A stretch of 64,000 bases of DNA from the human T2T-CHM13v2.0 reference genome, Homo sapiens: assembly GCF_009914755.1 (NCBI RefSeq), contig NC_060936.1; one strand, given 5' to 3'. Under the pieces are notes generated by a model. That model saw only the letters and a list, made by a program, of their open reading frames with translations. It did not search any database and was not told where the DNA came from. Made by a program: the position numbers and the translations under genes. This document shows, piece after piece, positions 39,701-55,200 of this stretch. How positions within the stretch are numbered: the first letter of the stretch is position 1; each line of letters starts with the position of its first letter.

Positions 39701-42700
39701 AGGTCCAAATATCCACTTGCAGACTTTACAAAGACAGTGTCTCCAAACTCCTCCATCAAAAGAAAGGTTATACTCTGTGAATTGAACGCACACATCACAA
39801 AGTAGTTTCTGAGAATGATTCTGTCTAGTTTTTATACGAAGATATTTCCTTTCCTACATTTGGCCTAAAAGCGCTTGAAATCTCCACCTGCAAATATCAC
39901 AAAAAGAGGGTTTCACATCTGCTCTGTCTAATGGACAGTTCACCTCTGTGAGTTGAATAGAGGCAACACAAAGAACTTACTCAGTATTCTTCTTTCTAGC
40001 GTTCTATGAAGAAATCCCGTTTCCAACGAAGGCCCCAAAGAGGTCCAAATATCTGCTTGCAGACTTTACAGACAGAGTGTTTCCAAACTACTCTATGAAA
40101 AGAAAGCTTAAACTCCTTGAGTTGAACGCACACATCACAAAGTAGTTTCTGAGAATGATTCTGTCTAGTTTTTATACGAAGATGTTTCCTTTTCTACATT
40201 TGGTCTCAAAGCGATTGAAATCTCCAACTGGAAACTGCACAAATAGGGTGTTTCAAATCTGCTCTGTCTAAAGGAAGGTTCAACTCTGTGAGTTGAATAC
40301 ACACACCACAAATAAGTTACTGAGAATTCTTCTGTCGAACATTACATGAAGAAATCCCGTTTCCAACGAAGGCCTCAAAGACGTCCAAATATCCACTTGC
40401 AGACATTACAAAGAGAGTGTTTCCAAACTGCTCCATCAAAAGAAAGGTTAAACTCTGTGAGCTGAACACACACATCAAAAAGAAGTTTCTGTGAATGATT
40501 CTGTCTAGATTTTATAAGAAGATGTTTCCTTTTCTACCGTAGGCCTCAAAGCGCTTGAAATCTCCAGCTGCAAATTCCACAAAAAGGGTGTTTAACATCT
40601 GCTCTTCTAAAGGAAAGTTCAACTCTATGAGTTGAATACACACAGCACAAAGAAGTTACTGAGACTTCTTCTGTCTAACATTATATGAAGAAATCCCGTT
40701 TCCAACGAAGGCCTCAAAGAGGTCCAAATATCTGCTTGCAGACTTTACAGACAGAGTGTTTCCAAACTGCTCCATCAAAAGAAAGGTTAAACTCCTTGAG
40801 TTGAACACACACATCACAAAGTAGTTTCTGTGAATGATTCTGTCTAGTTTTTATACGAAGATGTTTCCTTTTCTACCTTTGGTCTCAAAGCGATTGAAAT
40901 CTCCACATGGAAACTCCACAAAAAGAGTGTTTCAAATCTGCTCTTTCTGAAGGAAGGTTCATCTCTGTGAGTTGAATACACACACCACAAATAAGTTACT
41001 GAGAATTCTTCTGTGTAACATTATATGAGGAAATCCCGTTTCCAACGAAGGCCTCAAAGAGATCCAAATATCCACTTGCAGACTTTACAAAGACAGTGTC
41101 TCCAAACTCCTCCATCAAAAGAAAGGTTATACTCTGTGAATTGAACGCACACATCACAAAGTAGTTTCTGAGAATGATTCTGTCTAGTTTTTATACGAAG
41201 ATATTTCCTTTTCTACATTTGGCCTAAAAGCGCTTGAAATCTCCACCTGCAAATATCACAAAAAGAGGGTTTCACATCTGCTCTGTTTAAAGGACAGTTC
41301 ACCTCTGTGAGTTGAATAGAGGCAACACAAAGAACTTACTCAGTATTCTTCTTTCTAGCGTTCTATGAAGAAATCCCGTTTCCAACGAAGGCCCCAAAGA
41401 GGTTCAAATATCTGCTTGCAGACTTTACAGACAGAGTGTTTCCAAACTACTCTATGAAAAGAAAGCTTAAACTCCTTGAGTTGAACGCACACATCACAAA
41501 GTAGTTTCTGAGAATGATTCTGTCTAGTTTTTATACGAAGATGTTTCCTTTTCTACATTTGGTCTCAAAGCGATTCAAATCTCCAACTGGAAACTGCACA
41601 AATAGGGTGTTTCAAATCTGCTCTGTCTAAAGGAAGGTTCAACTCTGTGAGTTGAATACACACACCACAAATAAGTTACTGAGAATTCTTCTGTCGAACA
41701 TTACATGAAGAAATCCCGTTTCCAACGAAGGCCTCAAAGACGTCCAAATATCCACTTGCAGACATTACAAACAGAGTGTTTCCAAACTGCTCCATCAAAA
41801 GAAAGGTTAAACTCTGTGAGCTGAACACACACATCAAAAAGAAGTTTCTGTGAATGATTCTGTCTAGATTTTATAAGAAGATGTTTCCTTTTCTACCGTA
41901 GGCCTCAAAGCGCTTGAAATCTCCAGCTGCAAATTCCACAAAAAGGGTGTTTAACATCTGCTCTTCTAAAGGAAAGTTCAACTCTATGAGTTGAATACAC
42001 ACAGCACAAAGAAGTTACTGAGACTTCTTCTGTCTAACATTATATGAAGAAATCCCGATTCCAACGAAGGCCTCAAAGAGGTCCAAATATCTGCTTGCAG
42101 ACTTTACAGACAGAGTGTTTCCAAACTGCTCCATCAAAAGAAAGGTTAAACTCCTTGAGTTGAACACACACATCACAAAGTAGTTTCTGTGAATGATTCT
42201 GTCTAGTTTTTATACGAAGATGTTTCCTTTTCTACCTTTGGTCTCAAAGCGATTGAAATCTCCACATGGAAACTCCACAAAAAGAGTGTTTCAAATCTGC
42301 TCTTTCTGAAGGAAGGTTCATCTCTGTGAGTTGAATACACACACCACAAATAAGTTACTGAGAATTCTTCTGTGTAACATTATATGAGGAAATCCCGTTT
42401 CCAACGAAGGCCTCAAAGAGATCCAAATATCCACTTGCAGACTTTACAAAGACAGTGTCTCCAAACTCCTCCATCAAAAGAAAGGTTATACTCTGTGAAT
42501 TGAACGCACACATCACAAAGTAGTTTCTGAGAATGATTCTGTCTAGTTTTTATACGAAGATATTTCCTTTTCTACATTTGGCCTAAAAGCGCTTGAAATC
42601 TCCACCTGCAAATATCACAAAAAGAGGGTTTCACATCTGCTCTTTCTAAAGGACAGTTCACCTCTGTGAGTTGAATAGAGGCAACACAAAGAACTTACTC

Positions 42701-43510
42701 AGTATTCTTCTTTCTAGCGTTCTATGAAGAAATCCCGTTTCCAACGAAGGCCCCAAAGAGGTCCAAATATCTGCTTGCAGACTTTACAGACAGAGTGTTT
42801 CCAAACTACTCTATGAAAAGAAAGCTTAAACTCCCTGAGTTGAACGCACACATCACAAAGTAGTTTCTGAGAATGATTCTGTCTAGTTTTTATACGAAGA
42901 TGTTTCCTTTTCTACATTTGGTCTCAAAGCGATTGAAATCTCCAACTGGAAACTGCACAAATAGGGTGTTTCAAATCTGCTCTGTCTAAAGGAAGGTTCA
43001 ACTCTGTGAGTTGAATACACACACCACAAATAAGTTACTGAGAATTCTTCTGTCGAACATTACTTGAAGAAATCCCGTTTCCAACGAAGGCCTCAAAGAG
43101 GTCCAAATATCCACTTGCAGACATTACAAACAGAGTGTTTCCAAACTGCTCCATCAAAAGAAAGGTTAAACTCTGTGAGCTGAACACACACATCAAAAAG
43201 AAGTTTCTGTGAATGATTCTGTCTAGATTTTATAAGAAGATGTTTCCTTTTCTACCGTAGGCCTCAAAGCGCTTGAAATCTCCAGCTGCAAATTCCACAA
43301 AAAGGGTGTTTAACATCTGCTCTTCTAAAGGAAAGTTCAACTCTATGAGTTGAATACACACAGCACAAAGAAGTTACTGAGACTTCTCCTATCAAACATT
43401 ATATGAAGAAATCCCGTTTCCAACGAAGGCCTCAAAGAGGTCCAAATATCTGCTTGCAGACTTTACAGACAGAGTGTTTCCAAACTGCTCCATCAAAAGA
43501 AAGGTTAACC
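33730..43510. repeat. Tandem 4-HOR block repeat (period 5432 bp): U26-U28 ~ U30-U32, with a third copy at U41-U43
   Basis: 3-bp deletion tataagatg at ~33731, ~39161 and ~54101, each followed by gcgcctg, ttcctacat, ctaatgga, ggttcaaat, gattcaaat, tctttctaaag and ccctgag. Confidence 0.9.
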
Positions 43511-46083
43511 TCCTTGAGTTGAACACACACATCACAAAGTAGTTTCTGTGAATGATTCTGTCTAGTTTTTATACGAAGATGTTTCCTTTTCTACCTTTGG
43601 TCTCAAAGCGATTGAAATCTCCACATGGAAACTCCACAAAAAGAGTGTTTCAAATCTGCTCTTTCTGAAGGAAGGTTCATCTCTGTGAGTTGAATACACA
43701 CACCACAAATAAGTTACTGAGAATTCTTCTGTGTAACATTATATGAGGAAATCCCGTTTCCAACGAAGGCCTCAAAGAGGTCCAAATATCCACTTGCAGA
43801 CTTTACAAAGACAGTGTTTCCAAACTCCTCCATCAAAAGAAAGGTTATACTCTGTGAATTGAACGCACACATCACAAAGTAGTTTCTGAGAATGATTCTG
43901 TCTAGTTTTTATACGAAGATATTTCCTTTTCTACATTTGGCCTAAAAGCGCTTGAAATCTCCACCTGCAAATATCACAAAAAGAGGGTTTCACATCTGCT
44001 CTGTCTAAAGGACAGTTCACCTCTGTGAGTTGAATAGAGGCAACACAAAGAACTTACTCAGTATTCTTCTTTCTAGCGTTCTATGAAGAAATCCCGTTTC
44101 CAACGAAGGCCCCAAAGAGGTCCAAATATCTGCTTGCAGACTTTACAGACAGAGTGTTTCCAAACTACTCTATGAAAAGAAAGCTTAAACTCCTTGAGTT
44201 GAACGCACACATCACAAAGTAGTTTCTGAGAATGATTCTGTCTAGTTTTTATACGAAGATGTTTCCTTTTCTACATTTGGTCTCAAAGCGATTGAAATCT
44301 CCAACTGGAAACTGCACAAATAGGGTGTTTCAAATCTGCTCTGTCTAAAGGAAGGTTCAACTCTGTGAGGTGAATACACACACCACAAATAAGTTACTGA
44401 GAATTCTTCTGTCGAACATTACTTGAAGAAATCCCGTTTCCAACGAAGGCCTCAAAGAGGTCCAAATATCCACTTGCAGACATTACAAACAGAGTGTTTC
44501 CAAACTGCTCCATCAAAAGAAAGGTTAAACTCTGTGAGCTGAACACACACATCAAAAAGAAGTTTCTGTGAATGATTCTGTCTAGATTTTATAAGAAGAT
44601 GTTTCCTTTTCTACCGTAGGCCTCAAAGCGCTTGAAATCTCCAGCTGCAAATTCCACAAAAAGGGTGTTTAACATCTGCTCTTCTAAAGGAAAGTTCAAC
44701 TCTATGAGTTGAATACACACAGCACAAAGAAGTTACTGAGACTTGTCCTATCAAACATTATATGAAGAAATCCCGTTTCCAACGAAGGCCTCAAAGAGGT
44801 CCAAATATCTGCTTGCAGACTTTACAGACAGAGTGTTTCCAAACTGCTCCATCAAAAGAAAGGTTAACCTCCTTGAGTTGAACACACACATCACAAAGTA
44901 GTTTCTGTGAATGATTCTGTCTAGTTTTTATACGAAGATGTTTCCTTTTCTACCTTTGGTCTCAAAGCGATTGAAATCTCCACATGGAAACTCCACAAAA
45001 AGAGTGTTTCAAATCTGCTCTTTCTGAAGGAAGGTTCATCTCTGTGAGTTGAATACACACACCACAAATAAGTTACTGAGAATTCTTCTGTGTAACATTA
45101 TATGAGGAAATCCCGTTTCCAACGAAGGCCTCAAAGAGGTCCAAATATCCACTTGCAGACTTTACAAAGACAGTGTCTCCAAACTCCTCCATCAAAAGAA
45201 AGGTTATACTCTGTGAATTGAACGCACACATCACAAAGTAGTTTCTGAGAATGATTCTGTCTAGTTTTTATACGAAGATATTTCCTTTTCTACATTTGGC
45301 CTAAAAGCGCTTGAAATCTCCACCTGCAAATATCACAAAAAGAGGGTTTCACATCTGCTCTGTCTAAAGGACAGTTCACCTCTGTGAGTTGAATAGAGGC
45401 AACACAAAGAACTTACTCAGTATTCTTCTTTCTAGCGTTCTATGAAGAAATCCCGTTTCCAACGAAGGCCCTAAAGAGGTCCAAATATCTGCTTGCAGAC
45501 TTTACAGACAGAGTGTTTCCAAACTACTCTATGAAAAGAAAGCTTAAACTCCTTGAGTTGAACGCACACATCACAAAGTAGTTTCTGAGAATGATTCTGT
45601 CTAGTTTTTATACGAAGATGTTTCCTTTTCTACATTTGGTCTCAAAGCGATTGAAATCTCCAACTGGAAACTGCACAAATAGGGTGTTTCAAATCTGCTC
45701 TGTCTAAAGGAAGGTTCAACTCTGTGAGTTGAATACACACACCACAAATAAGTTACTGAGAATTCTTCTGTCGAACATTACTTGAAGAAATCCCGTTTCC
45801 AACGAAGGCCTCAAAGAGGTCCAAATATCCACTTGCAGACATTACAAACAGAGTGTTTCCAAACTGCTCCATCAAAAGAAAGGTTAAACTCTGTGAGCTG
45901 AACACACACATCAAAAAGAAGTTTCTGTGAATGATTCTGTCTAGATTTTATAAGAAGATGTTTCCTTTTCTACCGTAGGCCTCAAAGCGCTTGAAATCTC
46001 CAGCTGCAAATTCCACAAAAAGGGTGTTTAACATCTGCTCTTCTAAAGGAAAGTTCAACTCTATGAGTTGAATACACACAGCA

Positions 46084-49000
46084 TAAAGAAGTTACTGAGA
46101 CTTCTCCTATCAAACATTATATGAAGAAATCCCGTTTCCAACGAAGGCCTCAAAGAGGTCCAAATATCTGCTTGCAGACTTTACAGACAGAGTGTTTCCA
46201 AACTGCTCCATCAAAAGAAAGGTTAACCTCCTGAGTTGAACACACACATCACAAAGTAGTTTCTGTGAATGATTCTGTCTAGTTTTTATACGAAGATGTT
46301 TCCTTTTCTACCTTTGGTCTCAAAGCGATTGAAATCTCCACATGGAAACTCCACAAAAAGAGTGTTTCAAATCTGCTCTTTCTGAAGGAAGGTTCATCTC
46401 TGTGAGTTGAATACACACACCACAAATAAGTTACTGAGAATTCTTCTGTGTAACATTATATGAGGAAATCCCGTTTCCAACGAAGGCCTCAAAGAGGTCC
46501 AAATATCCACTTGCAGACTTACAAAGACAGTGTCTCCAAACTCCTCCATCAAAAGAAAGGTTATACTCTGTGAATTGAACGCACACATCACAAAGTAGTT
46601 TCTGAGAATGATTCTGTCTAGTTTTTATACGAAGATATTTCCTTTTCTACATTTGGCCTAAAAGCGCTTGAAATCTCCACCTGCAAATATCACAAAAAGA
46701 GGGTTTCACATCTGCTCTGTCTAAAGGACAGTTCACCTCTGTGAGTTGAATAGAAGCAACACAAAGAACTTACTCAGTATTCTTCTTTCTAGCGTTCTAT
46801 GAAGAAATCCCGTTTCCAACGAAGGCCCCAAAGAGGTCCAAATATCTGCTTGCAGACTTTACAGACAGAGTGTTTCCAAACTACTCTATGAAAAGAAAGC
46901 TTAAACTCCTTGAGTTGAACGCACACATCACAAAGTAGTTTCGGAGAATGATTCTGTCTAGTTTTTATACGAAGATGTTTCCTTTTCTACATTTGGTCTC
47001 AAAGCGATTGAAATCTCCAACTGGAGACTGCACAAATAGGGTGTTTCAAATCTGCTCTGTCTAAAGGAAGGTTCAACTCTGTGAGTTGAATACACACACC
47101 ACAAATAAGTTACTGAGAATTCTTCTGTCGAACATTACATGAAGAAATCCCGTTTCCAACGAAGGCCTCAAAGACGTCCAAATATCCACTTGCAGACATT
47201 ACAAAGAGAGTGTTTCCAAACTGCTCCATCAAAAGAAAGGTTAAACTCTGTGAGCTGAACACACACATCAAAAAGAAGTTTCTGTGAATGATTCTGTCTA
47301 GATTTTATAAGAAGATGTTTCCTTTTCTACCGTAGGCCTCAAAGCGCTTGAAATCTCCAGCTGCAAATTCCACAAAAAGGGTGTTTAACATCTGCTCTTC
47401 TAAAGGAAAGTTCAACTCTATGAGTTGAATACACACAGCACAAAGAAGTTACTGAGACTTCTTCTGTCTAACATTATATGAAGAAATCCCGTTTCCAACG
47501 AAGGCCTCAAAGAGGTCCAAATATCTGCTTGCAGACTTTACAGACAGAGTGTTTCCAAACTGCTCCATCAAAAGAAAGGTTAAACTCCTTGAGTTGAACA
47601 CACACATCACAAAGTAGTTTCTGTGAATGATTCTGTCTAGTTTTTATACGAAGATGTTTCCTTTTCTACCTTTGGTCTCAAAGCGATTGAAATCTCCACA
47701 TGGAAACTCCACAAAAAGAGTGTTTCAAATCTGCTCTTTCTGAAGGAAGGTTCATCTCTGTGAGTTGAATACACACACCACAAATAAGTTACTGAGAATT
47801 CTTCTGTGTAACATTATATGAGGAAATCCCGTTTCCAACGAAGGCCTCAAGGAGATCCAAATATCCACTTGCAGACATTACAAAGACAGTGTCTCCAACT
47901 CCTCCATCAAAAGAAAGGTTATACTCTGTGAATTGAACGCACACATCACAAAGTAGTTTCTGAGAATGATTCTGTCTAGTTTTTATACGAAAATATTTCC
48001 TTTTCTACATTTGGCCTAAAAGCGCTTGAAATCTCCACCTGCAAATATCACAAAAAGAGGGTTTCACATCTGCTCTGTTTAAAGGACAGTTCACCTCTGT
48101 GAGTTGAATAGAGGCAACACAAAGAACTTACTCAGTATTCTTCTTTCTAGCGTTCTACGAAGAAATCCCGTTTCCAACGAAGGCCCCAAAGAGGTCAAAT
48201 ATCTGCTTGCAGACTTTACAGACAGAGTGTTTCCAAACTACTCTATGAAAAGAAAGCTTAAACTCCTTGAGTTGAACGCACACATCACAAAGTAGTTTCT
48301 GAGAATGATTCTGTCTAGTTTTTATACGAAGATGTTTCCTTTTCTACATTTGGTCTCAAAGCGATTGAAATCTCCAACTGGAAACTGCACAAATAGGGTG
48401 TTTCAAATCTGCTCTGTCTAAAGGAAGGTTCAACTCTGTGAGTTGAATACACACACCACAAATAAGTTACTGAGAATTCTTCTGTCGAACATTACATGAA
48501 GAAATCCCGTTTCCAACGAAGGCCTCAAAGACGTCCAAATATCCACTTGCAGACATTACAAACAGAGTGTTTCCAAACTGCTCCATCAAAAGAAAGGTTA
48601 AACTCTGTGAGCTGAACACACACATCAAAAAGAAGTTTCTGTGAATGATTCTGTCTAGATTTTATAAGAAGATGTTTCCTTTTCTACCGTAGGCCTCAAA
48701 GCGCTTGAAATCTCCAGCTGCAAATTCCACAAAAAGGGTGTTTAACATCTGCTCTTCTAAAGGAAAGTTCAACTCTATGAGTTGAATACACACAGCACAA
48801 AGAAGTTACTGAGACTTCTTCTGTCTAACATTATATGAAGAAATCCCGATTCCAACAAAGGCCTCAAAGAGGTCCAAATATCTGCCTGCAGACTTTACAG
48901 ACAGAGTGTTTCCAAACTGCTCCATCAAAAGAAAGGTTAAACTCCTTGAGTTGAACACACACATCACAAAGTAGTTTCTGTGAATGATTCTGTCTAGTTT

Positions 49001-52000
49001 TTATACGAAGATGTTTCCTTTTCTACCTTTGGTCTCAATGCGATTGAAATCTCCACATGGAAACTCCACAAAAAGAGTGTTTCAAATCTGCTCTTTCTGA
49101 AGGAAGGTTCAACTCTGTGAGTTGAATACACACACCACAAATAAGTTACTGAGAATTCTTCTGTGTAACATTATATGAGGAAATCCCGTTTCCAACGAAG
49201 GCCTCGAAGAGATCCAAATATCCACTTGCAGACTTTACAAAGACAGTGTCTCCAAACTCCTCCATCAAAAGAAAGGTTATACTCTGTGAATTGAACGCAC
49301 ACATCACAAAGTAGTTTCTGAGAATGATTCTGTCTAGTTTTTATACGAAGATATTTCCTTTTCTACATTTGGCCTAAAAGCGCTTGAAATCTCCACCTGC
49401 AAATATCACAAAAAGAGGGTTTCACATCTGCTCTGTCTAAAGGACAGTTCACCTCTGTGAGTTGAATAGAGGCAACACAAAGAACTTACTCAGTATTCTT
49501 CTTTCTAGCGTTCTATGAAGAAATCCCGTTTCCAACGAAGGCCCCAAAGAGGTCCAAATATCTGCTTGCAGACTTTACAGACAGAGTGTTTCCAAACTAC
49601 TCTATGAAAAGAAAGCTTAAACTCCTTGAGTTGAACGCACACATCACAAAGTAGTTTCTGAGAATGATTCTGTCTAGTTTTTATACGAAGATGTTTCCTT
49701 TTCTACATTTGGTCTCAAAGCGATTGAAATCTCCAACTGGAAACTCCACAAAAAGAGTGTTTCAAATCTGCTCTGTCTAAAGGAAGGTTCAACTCTGTGA
49801 GTTGAATACACACACCACAAATAAGTTACTGAGAATTCTTCTGTCGAACATTACTTGAAGAAATCCCGTTTCCAACGAAGGCCTCAAAGAGGTCCAAATA
49901 TCCACTTGCAGACATTACAAACAGAGTGTTTCCAAACTGCTCCATCAAAAGAAAGGTTAAACTCTGTGAGCTGAACACACACATCAAAAAGAAGTTTCTG
50001 TGAATGATTCTGTCTAGATTTTATAAGAAGATGTTTCCTTTTCTACCGTAGGCCTCAAAGCGCTTGAAATCTCCAGCTGCAAATTCCATAAAAAGGGTGT
50101 TTAACATCTGCTCTTCTAAAGGAAAGTTCAACTCTATGAGTTGAATACACACAGCATAAAGAAGTTACTGAGACTTCTCCTATCAAACATTATATGAAGA
50201 AATCCCGTTTCCAACGAAGGCCTCAAAGAGGTCCAAATATCTGCTTGCAGACTTTACAGACAGAGTGTTTCCAAACTGCTCCATCAAAAGAAAGGTTAAC
50301 CTCCTGAGTTGAACACACACATCACAAAGTAGTTTCTGTGAATGATTCTGTCTAGTTTTTATACGAAGATGTTTCCTTTTCTACCTTTGGTCTCAAAGCG
50401 ATTGAAATCTCCACATGGAAACTCCACAAAAAGAGTGTTTCAAATCTGCTCTTTCTGAAGGAAGGTTCATCTCTGTGAGTTGAATACACACACCACAAAT
50501 AAGTTACTGAGAATTCTTCTGTGTAACATTATATGAGGAAATCCCGTTTCCAACGAAGGCCTCAAAGAGGTCCAAATATCCACTTGCAGACTTTACAAAG
50601 ACAGTGTCTCCAAACTCCTCCATCAAAAGAAAGGTTATACTCTGTGAATTGAACGCACACATCACAAAGTAGTTTCTGAGAATGATTCTGTCTAGTTTTT
50701 ATACGAAGATATTTCCTTTTCTACATTTGGCCTAAAAGCGCTTGAAATCTCCACCTGCAAATATCACAAAAAGAGGGTTTCACATCTGCTCTGTCTAAAG
50801 GACAGTTCACCTCTGTGAGTTGAATAGAAGCAACACAAAGAACTTACTCAGTATTCTTCTTTCTAGCGTTCTATGAAGAAATCCCGTTTCCAACGAAGGC
50901 CCCAAAGAGGTCCAAATATCTGCTTGCAGACTTTACAGACAGAGTGTTTCCAAACTACTCTATGAAAAGAAAGCTTAAACTCCTTGAGTTGAACGCACAC
51001 ATCACAAAGTAGTTTCGGAGAATGATTCTGTCTAGTTTTTATACGAAGATGTTTCCTTTTCTACATTTGGTCTCAAAGCGATTGAAATCTCCAACTGGAA
51101 ACTGCACAAATAGGGTGTTTCAAATCTGCTCTGTCTAAAGGAAGGTTCAACTCTGTGAGTTGAATACACACACCACAAATAAGTTACTGAGAATTCTTCT
51201 GTCGAACATTACATGAAGAAATCCCGTTTCCAACGAAGGCATCAAAGACGTCCAAATATCCACTTGCAGACATTACAAAGAGAGTGTTTCCAAACTGCTC
51301 CATCAAAAGAAAGGTTAAACTCTGTGAGCTGAACACACACATCAAAAAGAAGTTTCTGTGAATGATTCTGTCTAGATTTTATAAGAAGATGTTTCCTTTT
51401 CTACCGTAGGCCTCAAAGCGCTTGAAATCTCCAGCTGCAAATTCCACAAAAAGGGTGTTTAACATCTGCTCTTCTAAAGGAAAGTTCAACTCTATGAGTT
51501 GAATACACACAGCACAAAGAAGTTACTGAGACTTCTTCTGTCTAACATTATATGAAGAAATCCCGTTTCCAACGAAGGCCTCAAAGAGGTCCAAATATCT
51601 GCTTGCAGACTTTACAGACAGAGTGTTTCCAAACTGCTCCATCAAAAGAAAGGTTAAACTCCTTGAGTTGAACACACACATCACAAAGTAGTTTCTGTGA
51701 ATGATTCTGTCTAGTTTTTATACGAAGATGTTTCCTTTTCTACCTTTGGTCTCAAAGCGATTGAAATCTCCACATGGAAACTCCACAAAAAGAGTGTTTC
51801 AAATCTGCTCTTTCTGAAGGAAGGTTCATCTCTGTGAGTTGAATACACACACCACAAATAAGTTACTGAGAATTCTTCTGTGTAACATTATATGAGGAAA
51901 TCCCGTTTCCAACGAAGGCCTCAAAGAGATCCAAATATCCACTTGCAGACATTACAAAGACAGTGTCTCCAAACTCCTCCATCAAAAGAAAGGTTATACT

Positions 52001-52234
52001 CTGTGAATTGAACGCACACATCACAAAGTAGTTTCTGAGAATGATTCTGTCTAGTTTTTATACGAAGATATTTCCTTTTCTACATTTGGCCTAAAAGCGC
52101 TTGAAATCTCCACCTGCAAATATCACAAAAAGAGGGTTTCACATCTGCTCTGTTTAAAGGACAGTTCACCTCTGTGAGTTGAATAGAGGCAACACAAAGA
52201 ACTTACTCAGTATTCTTCTTTCTAGCGTTCTACG
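46084..52234. repeat. Copy 2 of the ~6.2-kb block at 27070-33220
   Basis: Same ordered set of rare indels and substitutions as U21-U25. Confidence 0.92.
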
Positions 52235-55200
52235 AAGAAATCCCGTTTCCAACGAAGGCCCCAAAGAGGTCCAAATATCTGCTTGCAGACTTTACAGACA
52301 GAGTGTTTCCAAACTACTCTATGAAAAGAAAGCTTAAACTCCTTGAGTTGAACGCACACATCACAAAGTAGTTTCTGAGAATGATTCTGTCTAGTTTTTA
52401 TACGAAGATGTTTCCTTTTCTACATTTGGTCTCAAAGCGATTCAAATCTCCAACTGGAAACTGCACAAATAGGGTGTTTCAAATCTGCTCTGTCTAAAGG
52501 AAGGTTCAACTCTGTGAGTTGAATACACACACCACAAATAAGTTACTGAGAATTCTTCTGTCGAACATTACATGAAGAAATCCCGTTTCCAACGAAGGCC
52601 TCAAAGACGTCCAAATATCCACTTGCAGACATTACAAACAGAGTGTTTCCAAACTGCTCCATCAAAAGAAAGGTTAAACTCTGTGAGCTGAACACACACA
52701 TCAAAAAGAAGTTTCTGTGAATGATTCTGTCTAGATTTTATAAGAAGATGTTTCCTTTTCTAGCGTAGGCCTCAAAGCGCTTGAAATCTCCAGCTGCAAA
52801 TTCCACAAAAAGGGTGTTTAACATCTGCTCTTCTAAAGGAAAGTTCAACTCTATGAGTTGAATACACACAGCACAAAGAAGTTACTGAGACTTCTTCTGT
52901 CTAACATTATATGAAGAAATCCCGATGCCAACGAAGGCCTCAAAGAGGTCCAAATATCTGCCTGCAGACTTTACAGACAGAGTGTTTCCAAACTGCTCCA
53001 TCAAAAGAAAGGTTAAACTCCTTGAGTTGAACACACACATCACAAAGTAGTTTCTGTGAATGATTCTGTCTAGTTTTTATACGAAGATGTTTCCTTTTCT
53101 ACCTTTGGTCTCAAAGCGATTGAAATCTCCACATGGAAACTCCACAAAAAGAGTGTTTCAAATCTGCTCTTTCTGAAGGAAGGTTCATCTCTGTGAGTTG
53201 AATACACACACCACAAATAAGTTACTGAGAATTCTTCTGTGTAACATTATATGAGGAAATCCCGTTTCCAACGAAGGCCTCAAAGAGGTCCAAATATCCA
53301 CTTGCAGACTTTACAAAGACAGTGTCTCCAAACTCCTCCATCAAAGAAAGGTTATACTCTGTGAATTGAACGCACACATCACAAAGTAGTTTCTGAGAAT
53401 CATTCTGTCTAGTTTTTATACGAAGATATTTCCTTTTCTACATTTGGCCTAAAAGCGCTTGAAATCTCCACCTGCAAATATCACAAAAAGAGGGTTTCAC
53501 ATCTGCTCTGTCTAAAGGACAGTTCACCTCTGTGAGTTGAATAGAGGCAACACAAAGAACTTACTCAGTATTCTTCTTTCTAGCGTTCTATGAAGAAATC
53601 CCGTTTCCAACGAAGGCCCCAAAGAGGTCCAAATATCTGCTTGCAGACTTTACAGACAGAGTGTTTCCAAACTACTCTATGAAAAGAAAGCTTAAACTCC
53701 TTGAGTTGAACGCACACATCACAAAGTAGTTTCTGAGAATGATTCTGTCTAGTTTTTATACGAAGATGTTTCCTTTTCTACATTTGGTCTCAAAGCGATT
53801 GAAATCTCCAACTGGAAACTGCACAAATAGGGTGTTTCAAATCTGCTCTGTCTAAAGGAAGGTTCAACTCTGTGAGTTGAATACACACACCACAAATAAG
53901 TTACTGAGAATTCTTCTGTCGAACATTACATGAAGAAATCCCGTTTCCAACGAAGGCCTCAAAGAGGTCCAAATATCCACTTGCAGACATTACAAACAGA
54001 GTGTTTCCAAACTGCTCCATCAAAAGAAAGGTTAAACTCTGTGAGCTGAACACACACATCAAAAAGAAGTTTCTGTGAATGATTCTGTCTAGATTTTATA
54101 AGATGTTTCCTTTTCTACCGTAGGCCTCAAAGCGCCTGAAATCTCCAGCTGCAAATTCCACAAAAAGGGTGTTTAACATCTGCTCTTCTAAAGGAAAGTT
54201 CAACTCTATGAGTTGAATACACACAGCACAAAGAAGTTACTGAGACTTCTTCTGTCTAACATTATATGAAGAAATCCCGATTCCAACGAAGGCCTCAAAG
54301 AGGTCCAAATATCTGCCTGCAGACTTTACAGACAGAGTGTTTCCAAACTGCTCCATCAAAAGAAAGGTTAAACTCCTTGAGTTGAACACACACATCACAA
54401 AGTAGTTTCTGTGAATGATTCTGTCTAGTTTTTATACGAAGATGTTTCCTTTTCTACCTTTGGTCTCAAAGCGATTGAAATCTCCACATGGAAACTCCAC
54501 AAAAAGAGTGTTTCAAATCTGCTCTTTCTGAAGGAAGGTTCATCTCTGTGAGTTGAATACACACACCACAAATAAGTTACTGAGAATTCTTCTGTGTAAC
54601 ATTATATGAGGAAATCCCGTTTCCAACGAAGGCCTCAAAGAGGTCCAAATATCCACTTGCAGACTTTACAAAGACAGTGTCTCCAAACTCCTCCATCAAA
54701 AGAAAGGTTATACTCTGTGAATTGAACGCACACATCACAAAGTAGTTTCTGAGAATGATTCTGTCTAGTTTTTATACGAAGATATTTCCTTTCCTACATT
54801 TGGCCTAAAAGCGCTTGAAATCTCCACCTGCAAATATCACAAAAAGAGGGTTTCACATCTGCTCTGTCTAATGGACAGTTCACCTCTGTGAGTTGAATAG
54901 AGGCAACACAAAGAACTTACTCAGTATTCTTCTTTCTAGCGTTCTATGAAGAAATCCCGTTTCCAACGAAGGCCCCAAAGAGGTCCAAATATCTGCTTGC
55001 AGACTTTACAGACAGAGTGTTTCCAAACTACTCTATGAAAAGAAAGCTTAAACTCCTTGAGTTGAACGCACACATCACAAAGTAGTTTCTGAGAATGATT
55101 CTGTCTAGTTTTTATACGAAGATGTTTCCTTTTCTACATTTGGTCTCAAAGCGATTGAAATCTCCAACTGGAAACTGCACAAATAGGGTGTTTCAAATCT